This document shows, piece by piece, positions 37,964 to 47,529 of a DNA stretch of 64,000 bases. The notes under the pieces were generated by a model. It ran no database searches. It was not told the DNA's origin and saw only the letters and a program-made list of their open reading frames with translations. Position 1 is the first letter of the stretch. Each line of letters begins with the position of its first letter. Both the position numbers and the translations under genes were made by a program. The stretch spans positions 7,546 through 71,545 of the IMG/VR virus record IMGVR_UViG_3300037852_000102, one strand, 5' to 3'. Origin of the DNA: a virus.

Positions 37964-38676
37964 TATAAAAACGCCTCCTGCTTCGGAGCGGGCTTCGGCG
38001 CTTCAATGAACAAATCCGGCCGCGCCAGCGCGTCGGCGATGCGGCGGCAGGCGATCTCGAAATACTTCGGCTCGATCTCGATGCCGATAAACTTGCGGCC
38101 GAGCTTGACGGCGGCAACGCCGGTGGTGCCGGAGCCCATAAAGGGGTCAAGGATGGTTCGGCATTCTTCAGGAAGATGCTCGATGCACCACTTCATAACA
38201 TTTGCTGATTTTTGGGTCGGATGAAATCTTTCCTCACCACCTTTTCGCTGAAAACCGTTCCAGCACCACCGGATCAGGCGAACGGCTTGGTCAAGGTTGG
38301 TCCACGCCAGTTCGCAATCTGCAAAGTCCGTTTCACCGTTGCATTTATCCCAAATGAGCCAGCAGCGCGCCGGCGGAAGCTCATAATAATTGCCGCCAAA
38401 AATAATCTGGTATGAAGACATTTCACACATAGCGGCGAGCAAGCCGACATCAATCGGTTTCTGATCCCAGTTGTATTCGCCATAATCGCGCGGCGATGCA
38501 TTGCGCCAGCGCGGGCTGCTTGTTCCTCTACTCGCTGTTCGCCTTGAACTTTCACCAATCCCATACGGCGGATCAGTCACCACGGCGTCGACCTTGCCGA
38601 GATCAGGCAATATCTCCCGGCAATCGCCGCAATAAAGCGTGACGCCTTCGGCGAGATGTTCGACGCGCGGGTTCAT
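37963..38676 (-). CDS. DNA N6-A/N4-C methyltransferase (beta class)
   Basis: VTDPPYG, HPTQK, ILDPFMGSGTTG, GIEIE. Confidence 0.93.
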   Translation of the reverse strand: MNPRVEHLAEGVTLYCGDCREILPDLGKVDAVVTDPPYGIGESSRRTASRGTSSPRWRNASPRDYGEYNWDQKPIDVGLLAAMCEMSSYQIIFGGNYYELPPARCWLIWDKCNGETDFADCELAWTNLDQAVRLIRWCWNGFQRKGGEERFHPTQKSANVMKWCIEHLPEECRTILDPFMGSGTTGVAAVKLGRKFIGIEIEPKYFEIACRRIADALARPDLFIEAPKPAPKQEAFL

Positions 38677-38698
38677 ATGATCCTCGAATCCTGCTCCA

Positions 38699-38878
38699 TC
38701 ATGGCAGCCGAGCGATGTCATCGACGATCACAAGTTTCCCGGCGTTGGCCAATCGTTCGACCTCCGGCCACAGGGCTCCGGGCGGTTTCGTTAGTGTATC
38801 TTCGGCGAGTGCTCGGCTCAAATAGCCGCGACTGCTGATATCAGCCAAAACCGATTCCTCAGTTATTTCTACCCACAT
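38699..38878 (-). CDS. Small hypothetical protein (59 aa)
   Basis: TGATG coupling; MWVEITEESVLADI. Confidence 0.5.
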   Translation of the reverse strand: MWVEITEESVLADISSRGYLSRALAEDTLTKPPGALWPEVERLANAGKLVIVDDIARLP

Positions 38879-39204
38879 CAGACGATTCTCGAATCCGCTT
38901 CCCGCCAGTTCAAAACGATGGTGGCACCGCGATCCCGCCCGCCCATTTCCAGCATCAGCCCGTCCTCAGCTCCCGCCATCAGGACGAAACTCCCAGTGAA
39001 GCATGAAGGCTGGAACCATAGCGGGCGGCCCGCCCCCGTCAAGACGCGCGCGCGAACCCATGCACCTGCGGAAAGGATTTGCACGCTGTAGAGTTCGCAA
39101 CTCCGGCGCGCGAACCGCGTCACCCCGAGCGTGTCCACGGTCGCCGACCGCATCAGCGAGCCCGGCGCGCAAGGGGCGTATATCTCGCGGTCAGGCTGCA
39201 ACAT
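38878..39204 (-). CDS. Small beta-rich protein, paralogue of 39191-39658
   Basis: GRPLWFQPSCFTGSFVLMAGAEDGL. Confidence 0.6.
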   Translation of the reverse strand: MLQPDREIYAPCAPGSLMRSATVDTLGVTRFARRSCELYSVQILSAGAWVRARVLTGAGRPLWFQPSCFTGSFVLMAGAEDGLMLEMGGRDRGATIVLNWREADSRIV

Positions 39205-39658
39205 TGGCGCGACGGAAGGGCTGCCAGACGAACGTCGCGACCGCAGCGACCGAATTGTGGCCGCCGCCTGCGTGGATCGTCAGCCCGTTGTGAAACCCCG
39301 CATTCAGCATCCAGCTTCCCATGACAGCAGGCAATGCCGTGTAGAACGCGCGCCCGTTGCGCTTGCCCCACTTTTCCAGCACCTCGGGCGGCGAATCGAA
39401 CGCCGGTTCGTCCACAGGCACGTCCTCGGGATTGGTGAAAAACCCGTTTTCATCCGGGATGCCGTCGATGATTCGAATGCCGCCCGACCCGCCGTGCGTG
39501 CAGGCGCAGGTGATGATCGTGCCGGGGCCGCGTTCGAGCACGAACAGGCCCTTGTCGTTCAACAACCATGCTTTGGCCCCCATCACGGGCTGCGGGACTT
39601 CAACGTGTGTCACGGCAGGCTGCGCCTCGCCCGACAACGAATGGCCAACCGCTCTCAT
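39191..39658 (-). CDS. Small beta-rich protein downstream of portal
   Basis: GRAFYTALPAVMGSWMLNAGFHNGL; ATGA coupling. Confidence 0.65.
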   Translation of the reverse strand: MRAVGHSLSGEAQPAVTHVEVPQPVMGAKAWLLNDKGLFVLERGPGTIITCACTHGGSGGIRIIDGIPDENGFFTNPEDVPVDEPAFDSPPEVLEKWGKRNGRAFYTALPAVMGSWMLNAGFHNGLTIHAGGGHNSVAAVATFVWQPFRRANVAA

Positions 39659-41436
39659 TCCAATGCTCCCGCCGTGCTCGCGCTAATCAGCCCCGTCCCG
39701 CCGCCCACCTGATCCTCGTCACCCTCGGGCGTGCCGGGCGGGTTGTTCACGTCAATCGAGGTCGGTGACGGAATGATCTCAGTCGGTTCCTCGGGGGAGG
39801 TCGGGCTGTCGTCCACATCCTCGTCCTCGGCATCCGTCGCCTCAAGGTCCAGCATTCCGATGTCCATATTGATCAGCAGATACGCGCGCGCCTCGTCGAT
39901 GGTCAGGAATTGCTCGCTGTCCTCGCCACCGCCCTTTGCTGCGGTTTTCGGCGGCTTGGGGCGCGTCGGTGGCACCTCGGGCGTCCCGGGTGTCGCTGGG
40001 CCGCCGCCAGCCCCAGCTGGCTTGCCGGGCTGCGCAGGCGTGCCGGGAGCCGTCGCCTTAAGCGGGTCGATGGCGATCTGCAACGCCTGCATGAGAGCAA
40101 ACAATTCATCCGGCGTCGGCTGGAACAGCCGCGGCCACTGCAATTGAATCCCACCCACGGCGTTGTCACCCATCAGCTTCGCCGCCATCGCAATCTTTTT
40201 GATCAGCGGCAACGCGCCATCCTCGCCGTACTGGCTCCGCAGGTCCATCACGAGGTCGTTGGATTCCTCGTCGAGATATTCCATCGCGCGGCCCGACAGC
40301 GGGGCTTTCATCTTGTCGGGGTCTTTGCGAGACGCGGCGATCTGTTCCAACGCGAAATTGCGCAGGCTTTCGATCAGCTTCAAGCCGGCGTCGGTGCCGG
40401 TGCCGGACATTTCCAGCAACTCAGCCCCGCCCTCCCCGATGGTCATGCCATCGTCCTCTTTGTACCCGGCGCGCACCTGCAGCACGTTCGCAGGCCCGCG
40501 CACCATGTCGTCGTTCATCAACTCGCCCTTGATGACCAATTGCGGCGCGGCGTTGTAGCGCACCCCGCGCCCGATCTGCGACAGCGTGTAATCCAGTTCG
40601 ATGCTGTTGGGGATCGCGTCGGCCCATGTGCAGTCGCCGTCAACGCCGCTGCCGCCCGCGAGATTGACGAACCACTGGCCGGGCACGAAATTCAGCCCGT
40701 GCGTTATCGTGCCGTCCGCTGTTCCGACCTTTGGGGCTGGCTTCAATTCGGTCGGCGGCGTCTTGTTGTCGGTGAACCCGTCGACCGGATTCCACTTGTC
40801 CTGCGGGATCGGCAGATAGGTGATTTCCTCGGATGTCGTGTAGTCGCGCACGAACCAGTAATTGGCGGCGTTGTCCAGCTTGATGCCGAACATATCATCG
40901 GGCAGCCCGAACGCGACGAGCCCCGCGCCTGCCGCCGTGTATGACACCCGCAATTGCGCGAGTTCGCCGAAATCGTCAAACGACGGCTTGCAGTATTTCG
41001 CCCGCCACAGCGTCAGCGCCAGCCGCGCGTCGTCCTTGGTCCCCTCCACCCGGAACGTCACCGCAATCGACCCGACGGAGCCCAGCAGCACGGCCTCGGC
41101 CATCTTCTGCCAGAACTTCGCGCGCCGCAGCAGCCGGTTCAACGGCTTAAGCTGGGCCTTGTCCTTGAGCCGCAGTTTCGGACGGTGCCGTCCGGCGAAC
41201 AGTTTCCGCGCGCTCCACCGCGCCACCATGCGCGGGAGGCGGAACTGCGCCGAGGGCCGCCGGTCCTCAAGCGGAATCATCTTCTGCTGCTGGTCCAGTT
41301 CGTCGTAAAACGCCGAGGGCAAGTGGTCGTAAAACGTGCCGTCCAGCAGCCGGTCGAACTGATCCAGCCGCTTGTAGCGCGGCCAGCGTTTGGCCCATTC
41401 GGGAAGCTGGATTTTGTCTGCAGTCTTGCGGAACAT
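39655..41436 (-). CDS. Portal protein
   Basis: Follows terL; LLGSVGSIA, IELDYTLSQIGRGVRY, SGRAMEYL. Confidence 0.85.
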   Translation of the reverse strand: MFRKTADKIQLPEWAKRWPRYKRLDQFDRLLDGTFYDHLPSAFYDELDQQQKMIPLEDRRPSAQFRLPRMVARWSARKLFAGRHRPKLRLKDKAQLKPLNRLLRRAKFWQKMAEAVLLGSVGSIAVTFRVEGTKDDARLALTLWRAKYCKPSFDDFGELAQLRVSYTAAGAGLVAFGLPDDMFGIKLDNAANYWFVRDYTTSEEITYLPIPQDKWNPVDGFTDNKTPPTELKPAPKVGTADGTITHGLNFVPGQWFVNLAGGSGVDGDCTWADAIPNSIELDYTLSQIGRGVRYNAAPQLVIKGELMNDDMVRGPANVLQVRAGYKEDDGMTIGEGGAELLEMSGTGTDAGLKLIESLRNFALEQIAASRKDPDKMKAPLSGRAMEYLDEESNDLVMDLRSQYGEDGALPLIKKIAMAAKLMGDNAVGGIQLQWPRLFQPTPDELFALMQALQIAIDPLKATAPGTPAQPGKPAGAGGGPATPGTPEVPPTRPKPPKTAAKGGGEDSEQFLTIDEARAYLLINMDIGMLDLEATDAEDEDVDDSPTSPEEPTEIIPSPTSIDVNNPPGTPEGDEDQVGGGTGLISASTAGALE

Positions 41437-41439
41437 GCC

Positions 41440-41748
41440 CTATGCCTCTTGCGGGTCGGCGGGATCAACGTCGGTGGAGGTGTTCGCAATCTGCTGGCCG
41501 TAATCGGTGGCCGCGACATGCATCCCGCTGTGCAAGACGTGCATCCGGGTCAGGTTGTTTTTGACCCCGAACCAGCCATATGACACGCGCTCGCCGGGGC
41601 GGATATAGGCAAACGCAATCGCCCTGAGTTGGCCGCTTTCGGCCTTGGCCAGCAATTCCTTGAGCGACTGGACGACCTCGGCGACGGGCTGCACACCCAA
41701 GGCATGGTCCGGCTGTGTCACGCCCGGGAATGATTTTACTTCGGCCAT
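41440..41748 (-). CDS. Hypothetical protein
   Basis: LKELLAKAESGQLRAIAFA. Confidence 0.65.
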   Translation of the reverse strand: MAEVKSFPGVTQPDHALGVQPVAEVVQSLKELLAKAESGQLRAIAFAYIRPGERVSYGWFGVKNNLTRMHVLHSGMHVAATDYGQQIANTSTDVDPADPQEA

Positions 41749-41766
41749 CGGCGGTCCCCTCACGCC

Positions 41767-42216
41767 TTATGCGGCGGCGGGCGGTTCGGCGTCAAGCACC
41801 ACCCGCCCTCTCGCCTTAACCTTTTCGATAGCCCACGCTGGCGGCGAATTGTCCGCTCGGCTGCTGTTACACGGTTCACAAGCAACGACGATGTTGTCCC
41901 ACCGCTGCGTTCCGCCACGACTTCGCGGTATCAATTCGTCCATGGTTGCATCTTCAAGCCGCAGCACCGTGGGGCACCAGAAGCACTTGCCGCCTTGATG
42001 CTCGTGGAGAATGCGCTTTCGCTGTCGGTATTTGGAGCTAGTAAGTCGCCCCGGGCCGGTCGCGACGGCGGCGGGTCGCGCATGAAGTAGTCGCCAATCG
42101 TGCAGCGCATCGTACTGTGGGACGCTGTGCGCGGACAGGTGCATGTCCTTGTGCCCGAACGACGCGCGCGCCACGACGTTGTTCTGGCCCATGGGCGAGC
42201 CTTTCGACTTGTGCAT
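41767..42216 (-). CDS. HNH endonuclease
   Basis: QGGKCFWC, ATMDELIPRSRGG, NIVVACEPCN (first His replaced by Glu). Confidence 0.8.
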   Translation of the reverse strand: MHKSKGSPMGQNNVVARASFGHKDMHLSAHSVPQYDALHDWRLLHARPAAVATGPGRLTSSKYRQRKRILHEHQGGKCFWCPTVLRLEDATMDELIPRSRGGTQRWDNIVVACEPCNSSRADNSPPAWAIEKVKARGRVVLDAEPPAAA

Positions 42217-42237
42217 GGATAGGCGTTCCCTTGATGC

Positions 42238-42510
42238 TCATGGCTTGCTGTCCGTGATCTGCTTGCGGAACGCATCGCGCGCCTTCACCGCGAACTTGTA
42301 TCCCTCGGTCGCGCGGCCCAGCGCGCCATCATCGCTCGGGTCCAGCATCGCTGTCTCAAGGTTCGAATACAGCAGCTTGACCCGATCCTGAAACGCCTCG
42401 TCGATGGCGTCCAGCGCCAGATTGCGCGCGCGGTCGGGTCGATCTTCAGCCTTGGCCGATGCCAGTTCGCCCTCGTCGGCCAGTTTCTTGATCGTGCCGG
42501 TGTCAGCCAT
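42238..42510 (-). CDS. Hypothetical protein
   Basis: Helical ORF with good codon use. Confidence 0.6.
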   Translation of the reverse strand: MADTGTIKKLADEGELASAKAEDRPDRARNLALDAIDEAFQDRVKLLYSNLETAMLDPSDDGALGRATEGYKFAVKARDAFRKQITDSKP

Positions 42511-42712
42511 TGCGCACGTTCCATTCTTTTGCAGCCTCGGCAACGCCAAATTCAGAAACGGTGCGGGCTGAGCAATTATCGCATCGAATCACTGCGCCGC
42601 ATGAACCGGATGGGGCAGCGTGGGCGGTCGCACCGCAGAATGGACAGCGTGCCAGCACGGGATTCCATGCCGGATGATTAGCAGAAAAAGGTGGGGATAT
42701 AGTTTCAGCCAT
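42503..42712 (-). CDS. Lar-family (restriction alleviation) Zn-ribbon protein
   Basis: CPFCG...CDNCSA...EAAKEWNVR. Confidence 0.75.
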   Translation of the reverse strand: MAETISPPFSANHPAWNPVLARCPFCGATAHAAPSGSCGAVIRCDNCSARTVSEFGVAEAAKEWNVRNG

Positions 42713-43061
42713 TGATTTCCGTCCTGTTGCGCTGCTGATCCTCGTACCATAGCCAATCGACCTCAGACCACAGCGCCGTGCTCTCCCCGCTCGGCAGCCG
42801 CGACGGGCCGAATATCCGCCAGCCGGTCAATCGGTATCCCAATTCCGGCGCGGGCTTGCTGCCGAGAATGCCGGACGGTTCAACGATGTGACTGATGTGG
42901 CTGAAATCTACATTCGGCTCGTCGATGACATTCAACCACACACCGTTGACTTCGACGCGGACTTTGATCCGGCCGCTGTGGGCGTCCAGCCACACGCCTT
43001 GTATGGCGACGGGCTCCTGTAATGACGCTCTGGCGCGTGCGTGGTCTGCTCTTTGTGACAT
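42705..43061 (-). CDS. Hypothetical protein
   Basis: GGAGG SD, start MSQRAD. Confidence 0.55.
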   Translation of the reverse strand: MSQRADHARARASLQEPVAIQGVWLDAHSGRIKVRVEVNGVWLNVIDEPNVDFSHISHIVEPSGILGSKPAPELGYRLTGWRIFGPSRLPSGESTALWSEVDWLWYEDQQRNRTEING

Positions 43062-43063
43062 AC

Positions 43064-44668
43064 CTACCTCCCGAATATCGACGTGGCCGCGTTCACCGTG
43101 CGGCCCGAACCCATTTCCTGCCGGGATGGCTTTTGCAACGTGGCATATGCGCCGCTCGCCGCGTCCACCTTGTCTTTCAGCGCGCCTCCCGGAAAGGCAC
43201 ACGCTTGGTCTATGAAGCCCTCAGCCCATGGTGGCAACGGCTGATTCGGATTGCAAACAATATACACATTCCCCGCCTCACATTGCGAGGCCAGCGGTTC
43301 GGCTCGGCTGGCCTTGTCCCCGCTTTCCCGCAAAAACCGTACGTTGAACTCGCCCAGCATTCCGGCATGATGCCGCTTTACGATTTTTCCCGCACCGCCC
43401 GGGTCTTGCGGCAGCCCGATCTCATAGGGGAAATACGTCATGCGATCCGTCATCGCCGTGTTCTTTATCAGCGGGTCGTGGTTTTCCAGCCATTCCGCCT
43501 CGCACCCGGCAATGTAGATATTGTTCCCGCGATCCTTGCCCATCAGCACGCCAGCCGTCTGCGCCGTGTTCGCCTGTGCGAACTTTTCATCGGTCGCCGC
43601 GATGTCCCAGAACCGCACCCACCGCGTTCCAGTCGGGGCCGCTCCCACCATCTTGAACCAGTGGCGCTTGAACATATTGCCTTCGCGCTGGCCCGGCCTT
43701 TGCTGGTGTTGCCCGGCGACCGCGTAGGCCGTCATGGTCCCTTCGTCACGGTCCACCGTTTCCTTGGGGAACCGTTCCGGGAAAATCAGTTCGCCCTCGC
43801 TTGCGCGGGGATCGGTAAACAGCGGCGTGACACACCTGCGCGCGACCTCGAACCGCATGGGCAGCATGATGTGGATATATCGCTGGGTGCTCACCAGCGC
43901 CAAACCGGACACGTCTTTGACGTGCAGTCGTTGCATGATGATGATGATCGCCGACGTGACAGGATCATTGACCCTGCTGTGCAGCGATTCGCGGAATATG
44001 CGTTCCGCTCTCGCGCGGTCCAAATCCGATTCGGTCTGTTCGGTCGAATGCGGATCATCCACTAGAACCCGGTCGGCGCGACCTCCTGTAAGTCCGGTGA
44101 ACGCCAGCGCGCGACGCCAGCCCATATGATTGTTGTGAAATTCTTCCTCGCCGCTCTTGGTCAGGTAAACGTCGGACTCAGTGCCGCGTCCCCAGCGTTC
44201 TTGCCACCATTCGGAGGCGATCAGTTCGCGCATCTTGCGGGTGTCGCGGCCTGACAATCCTTCAACACGATAGGCCGTCGAAAGGTAGGACAGCCAAGGC
44301 ATCTTGGCCGGTCCCCACTCCCACGACGGCCAGAACACGCCCACCAGCAGAGATTTCATCATGCCCGGCGGGACGTTTATCAAAAGCCGGTTGAGGTGGC
44401 CCATCTGCAGCAGGCGGCCATCGGTGATCGCCTCTAGGTGGTCGCAAATCGCCTGCAGCGCCCAGCCCCATTTCAGAACCGCGTTCGGTTCTAGGACGTG
44501 CCACGCCTCTTTGATGTAGTCCGCGAGGGGAAGGCGTTCGGCTGGCGCGGCTGTCTTGGCTAGGCGCTCGGCCTCAGTGTCGCGTCGTATCCGCTCCGCC
44601 CGTACCGCCTGAATCAAGTCTGTTGGGCTGTATTCGCTGAATAGCTGTTGCAAGAACGGCAAATTCAT
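43064..44668 (-). CDS. terL: Terminase large subunit
   Basis: Walker A INVPPGMMKS, Walker B VLVDDPH, IMQRLH, WDIAAT, KDKVDA. Confidence 0.95.
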   Translation of the reverse strand: MNLPFLQQLFSEYSPTDLIQAVRAERIRRDTEAERLAKTAAPAERLPLADYIKEAWHVLEPNAVLKWGWALQAICDHLEAITDGRLLQMGHLNRLLINVPPGMMKSLLVGVFWPSWEWGPAKMPWLSYLSTAYRVEGLSGRDTRKMRELIASEWWQERWGRGTESDVYLTKSGEEEFHNNHMGWRRALAFTGLTGGRADRVLVDDPHSTEQTESDLDRARAERIFRESLHSRVNDPVTSAIIIIMQRLHVKDVSGLALVSTQRYIHIMLPMRFEVARRCVTPLFTDPRASEGELIFPERFPKETVDRDEGTMTAYAVAGQHQQRPGQREGNMFKRHWFKMVGAAPTGTRWVRFWDIAATDEKFAQANTAQTAGVLMGKDRGNNIYIAGCEAEWLENHDPLIKNTAMTDRMTYFPYEIGLPQDPGGAGKIVKRHHAGMLGEFNVRFLRESGDKASRAEPLASQCEAGNVYIVCNPNQPLPPWAEGFIDQACAFPGGALKDKVDAASGAYATLQKPSRQEMGSGRTVNAATSIFGR

Positions 44669-44963
44669 CTTGGGTCATCCCGGCGAACAATTCGTGCAGG
44701 TTAAGCCCTTTGTGCGTCACCATGGCAAGGCGGTTGTGGCAGTAGGGTGCGGCGGCGCGGGCGGCATCGACCCGTTCGGGACGCGGCACCTTGCTGTTAC
44801 GCATCACACTCAGGAGGAAATCCAAAGGCATGATACCGCCTGCCTTTGCCGCGAGGATGGCACGCTGGCTAACTTTGTTCGGTATGCCCTTTTTGCGTCC
44901 GCCATGTTTCTTGCGTTTGGGTGGGGCCTCAGGCGGTGACGGCGGTTGTGGTTGATCTACCAT
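44574..44963 (-). CDS. terS: Terminase small subunit
   Basis: GGRKKGIPNK, PLDFLLSVM, AAAPYCH; upstream of and overlapping terL. Confidence 0.78.
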   Translation of the reverse strand: MVDQPQPPSPPEAPPKRKKHGGRKKGIPNKVSQRAILAAKAGGIMPLDFLLSVMRNSKVPRPERVDAARAAAPYCHNRLAMVTHKGLNLHELFAGMTQDEFAVLATAIQRIQPNRLDSGGTGGADTTRH

Positions 44964-44993
44964 GAGAATCTAGCCCGGTCGGTTTCTACTTTA

Positions 44994-45227
44994 CTACTTT
45001 TCGGACTTAATTTCTATTTTGTCTATAGGGTTGCGCTTTGCGGCCTCGCGTCTCGGCTTGACCTTGGTTTCGTATGAAACCCGGCTGGACACTCGGCAGT
45101 TGTCCAGATGTTCGAGGCGCTTGCAGGAGTCGCAGTAGCTTCGCGCCTTGGTCCGCTGAATGTAAACGAACGGTTTTCCGCATCGCTTGCAAATCGACCT
45201 GACTCGTTCCCCTTCAATTTGGTTCAT
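44994..45227 (-). CDS. Zn-ribbon protein
   Basis: CKRCGKPF...YCDSC. Confidence 0.6.
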   Translation of the reverse strand: MNQIEGERVRSICKRCGKPFVYIQRTKARSYCDSCKRLEHLDNCRVSSRVSYETKVKPRREAAKRNPIDKIEIKSEK

Positions 45228-45460
45228 GCGACGATCACGGCGATAACCCGCTGGCGCAGCGATTGATCCGACTCGCCGATCATGCGCAGCACGCCAAAGT
45301 TCAGCCCCGCGCGATCAAGCCAGATGCCAGATAGCGGGAAAGTTACCGGAGCGGTTTCGTTTCCGAGTTCGGCGAGGAACGGTTCCGCGCGCAGGCCGCC
45401 GAATGCCGCAGCCATCGTTGATCCTGCACCGATGATGATTTGGCGGCGGGTGAGCGTCAT
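45224..45460 (-). CDS. Hypothetical protein with twin-Arg-like N-terminus
   Basis: LTRRQII; LDRAG..FGVLR..GESDQSLRQR resembles the gpI-type motif. Confidence 0.55.
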   Translation of the reverse strand: MTLTRRQIIIGAGSTMAAAFGGLRAEPFLAELGNETAPVTFPLSGIWLDRAGLNFGVLRMIGESDQSLRQRVIAVIVA

Positions 45461-45675
45461 GTCTGGAACTTTCGCAGGTCGATTATCTTGCCGCCGTCCT
45501 GCACCATCGCCACGAACTCGTCCATGGTGAGGTCGACTATCACGCGGGCGACGTTCAGGCCGTGGCCGTCAACCATGATGGTATCTGTCCCGCGCGGGTG
45601 AACCGTCCACGTCGTCGAAATAACTGGGCGCGTGCTGCCGTCGTGGTGGACGTTGAACATCAGCGCGGTCATCAC
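45457..45675 (-). CDS. Hypothetical protein
   Basis: Coupled ORF. Confidence 0.5.
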   Translation of the reverse strand: MMTALMFNVHHDGSTRPVISTTWTVHPRGTDTIMVDGHGLNVARVIVDLTMDEFVAMVQDGGKIIDLRKFQT

Positions 45676-45917
45676 AAAATCCTCAGGCTTGCGGAGTTGA
45701 ACTCGATCTCGTTGGCGCTCGTGCCCTTTTCGAAGTCGATATGCTCCATGGTGATTCGCTGCTTGATTTCGTCCAGTGCGGCGCTGTGCCAGCCCGGCGG
45801 CATGGGGTCGCCGGTCGTGACCGTGATCGCGCGGGCCGCGTGGTTCCTGCGCACGACGTAGCCGCGGCGGGATAGCTCGGTGATGATCTCGGAGTCGGTG
45901 ATGCGACGCCAGTTCAT
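45672..45917 (-). CDS. Hypothetical protein
   Basis: MNWRRITDSEIITELSRRG; ATGA coupling. Confidence 0.55.
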   Translation of the reverse strand: MNWRRITDSEIITELSRRGYVVRRNHAARAITVTTGDPMPPGWHSAALDEIKQRITMEHIDFEKGTSANEIEFNSASLRIL

Positions 45918-46165
45918 TGCTGCGTTCCGTGCGGCAAGGTCGAGACGATCACAAACCGTTTCCAGCATGATTCGCAGAACATCGTCGTGTCGCCATTTAA
46001 TCCGGCGATGATGTATGAATCGCCATCGCGGGCTTTGGGTAGAATGGCTCGGCAGGCGATCACGCCGCACTTTCCATCCGACACCTGAGCGAGTGGTCGG
46101 ATGATGCAATGCGTGGGGATGCTAAACCCCTCGCGGAAATGTATCTGCCCGATGCCGTCCGTCAT
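45914..46165 (-). CDS. Hypothetical Cys-containing protein
   Basis: ATGA coupling at both ends. Confidence 0.5.
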   Translation of the reverse strand: MTDGIGQIHFREGFSIPTHCIIRPLAQVSDGKCGVIACRAILPKARDGDSYIIAGLNGDTTMFCESCWKRFVIVSTLPHGTQQ

Positions 46166-46563
46166 TGCCGTGTCGCCTCGTCGGCCTCGCGCGCGGCGCT
46201 CATTTCGGCAAACCACGCGAGGTCGTCAAGCCGGACCTCCCAGCCCTTCGGTGTGATCTGCCAGTGGATCAACGTCGTTTGCCCGCTGCGCGCGCCGGGC
46301 GCGGGTTTGATTTCCGTCCGGTATGTGACGAGCCCGAGGGCCACGAGCGCGTCCCAGTCTTTCGGCCAGTGCCACTCTGCCTCGGCTTTGCCAAAGAACG
46401 GTCGACCGTCCAGCACGCTCGGATCAAAGTGGCCCGGCGACACCGCGCCGTTGAACAGCGCCGCGAACGTGTGCTGCACATGATTCGCCTGCCGGGCGAT
46501 CACCGCCGCGGGGCGCTCCGGCAGAGCGTCAAAGATGGCTTGTGCGTTGGGTCCGATTTGCAT
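46162..46563 (-). CDS. Hypothetical protein (winged-helix-like C-terminus)
   Basis: DALVALGLV...WQITPKG. Confidence 0.55.
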   Translation of the reverse strand: MQIGPNAQAIFDALPERPAAVIARQANHVQHTFAALFNGAVSPGHFDPSVLDGRPFFGKAEAEWHWPKDWDALVALGLVTYRTEIKPAPGARSGQTTLIHWQITPKGWEVRLDDLAWFAEMSAAREADEATRQ

Positions 46564-46585
46564 GTGGCTTCCCGGCCTCGAAATA

Positions 46586-46713
46586 GGTGGGCGTCTCTCC
46601 GCCCTGTCACGACACGGTTTCGGTGCGTCGTTCCACCTAGATGCTATCCCAGCACCCGAGGGCCGGTTCACTCCGCATGATATGGCGCTGCAGTCACCGG
46701 AAACCCGCCCACC
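46586..46713 (-). ncRNA. Candidate 128-nt multibranch RNA
   Basis: GGTGGGCG/CGCCCACC closing stem, three hairpins, then TATTT. Confidence 0.4.
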
Positions 46714-46718
46714 ATCCG

Positions 46719-47066
46719 TCAATCCCGTGGTTCCGCGTCCTCGTGGCTACCGGCACGGGCTGCCTGCCCGCCGTCATCGTGAGGGCGCGGATTTGGGGCT
46801 GCCGTATCGCCTACCACCGGGAAATTGTAGTTCATCCCGATACCGTCCGCTAGCCTTTCCACCAATAGTTTCTGGTGCAATTTGCAGGATGATTCGAACC
46901 ACGTTTTGCGTTCGGCCATGAACGCCTGCACGAGGTCCGCCGGTATCGGTCCCCATAGCGTGGTCCCGATGCTGCGGCTCATTTTCTCCTGCACGTAATG
47001 TAACCCGTCGCCGCCGATCTGCGGCGTGAGCGTGAGGGTGATGGTCAGGCTGTCGGGGTCGATCAT
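46719..47066 (-). CDS. Hypothetical protein
   Basis: Coupled ORF. Confidence 0.5.
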   Translation of the reverse strand: MIDPDSLTITLTLTPQIGGDGLHYVQEKMSRSIGTTLWGPIPADLVQAFMAERKTWFESSCKLHQKLLVERLADGIGMNYNFPVVGDTAAPNPRPHDDGGQAARAGSHEDAEPRD

Positions 47067-47359
47067 ATTTTCCATGTTGCTACGTTCCCGGCGTCGTAAT
47101 CACGCGGCAACCAACCGTTCGCCTTGTATCGGTCGATCTGCGCCTGCAACGCCACGTTGATATTGCAGAACGGCGAAACCGTCATCAGGCAGTTCGTCAC
47201 GTTCCGGCGTCGACGGATGTACGGATTGCGCCAGAACCACGGTTCCTGCGTGCTGTCGATGAAAGTCACCCACTCCACGTCGTCGAGATTCGAAATGATT
47301 CCGATGCAGACGGCTGGCCCGAGCGGCGTGGTGACGGGGAATGGATCAAGCGGGGTCAC
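47063..47359 (-). CDS. Hypothetical protein
   Basis: VTTPLGPAVC...WVTFID...WFWRNP. Confidence 0.55.
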   Translation of the reverse strand: MTPLDPFPVTTPLGPAVCIGIISNLDDVEWVTFIDSTQEPWFWRNPYIRRRRNVTNCLMTVSPFCNINVALQAQIDRYKANGWLPRDYDAGNVATWKI

Positions 47360-47529
47360 CGCCTTACCCCGCCCAATAGCATCAGAGCACAGATGGGGCC
47401 TAAGACAGCGCCGCAAAATGCAATTACAACGTAACCTGACGTGTCCTCTTCAAGCCATGCCTTGGGGGTGCTGAGCCACAGAGAAAACCAGCCAGAGAGC
47501 GCCCACAATGTTGCAAAGGTGTAAATCAT
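47356..47529 (-). CDS. Small 2-TM protein
   Basis: MIYTFATLWALSG...GAVLGPI. Confidence 0.5.
   Translation of the reverse strand: MIYTFATLWALSGWFSLWLSTPKAWLEEDTSGYVVIAFCGAVLGPICALMLLGGVRR

Noticed and set aside
43064-44668. Intein or intron in terminase
   Set aside because: Normal length, contiguous motifs, no C...HN splice signature
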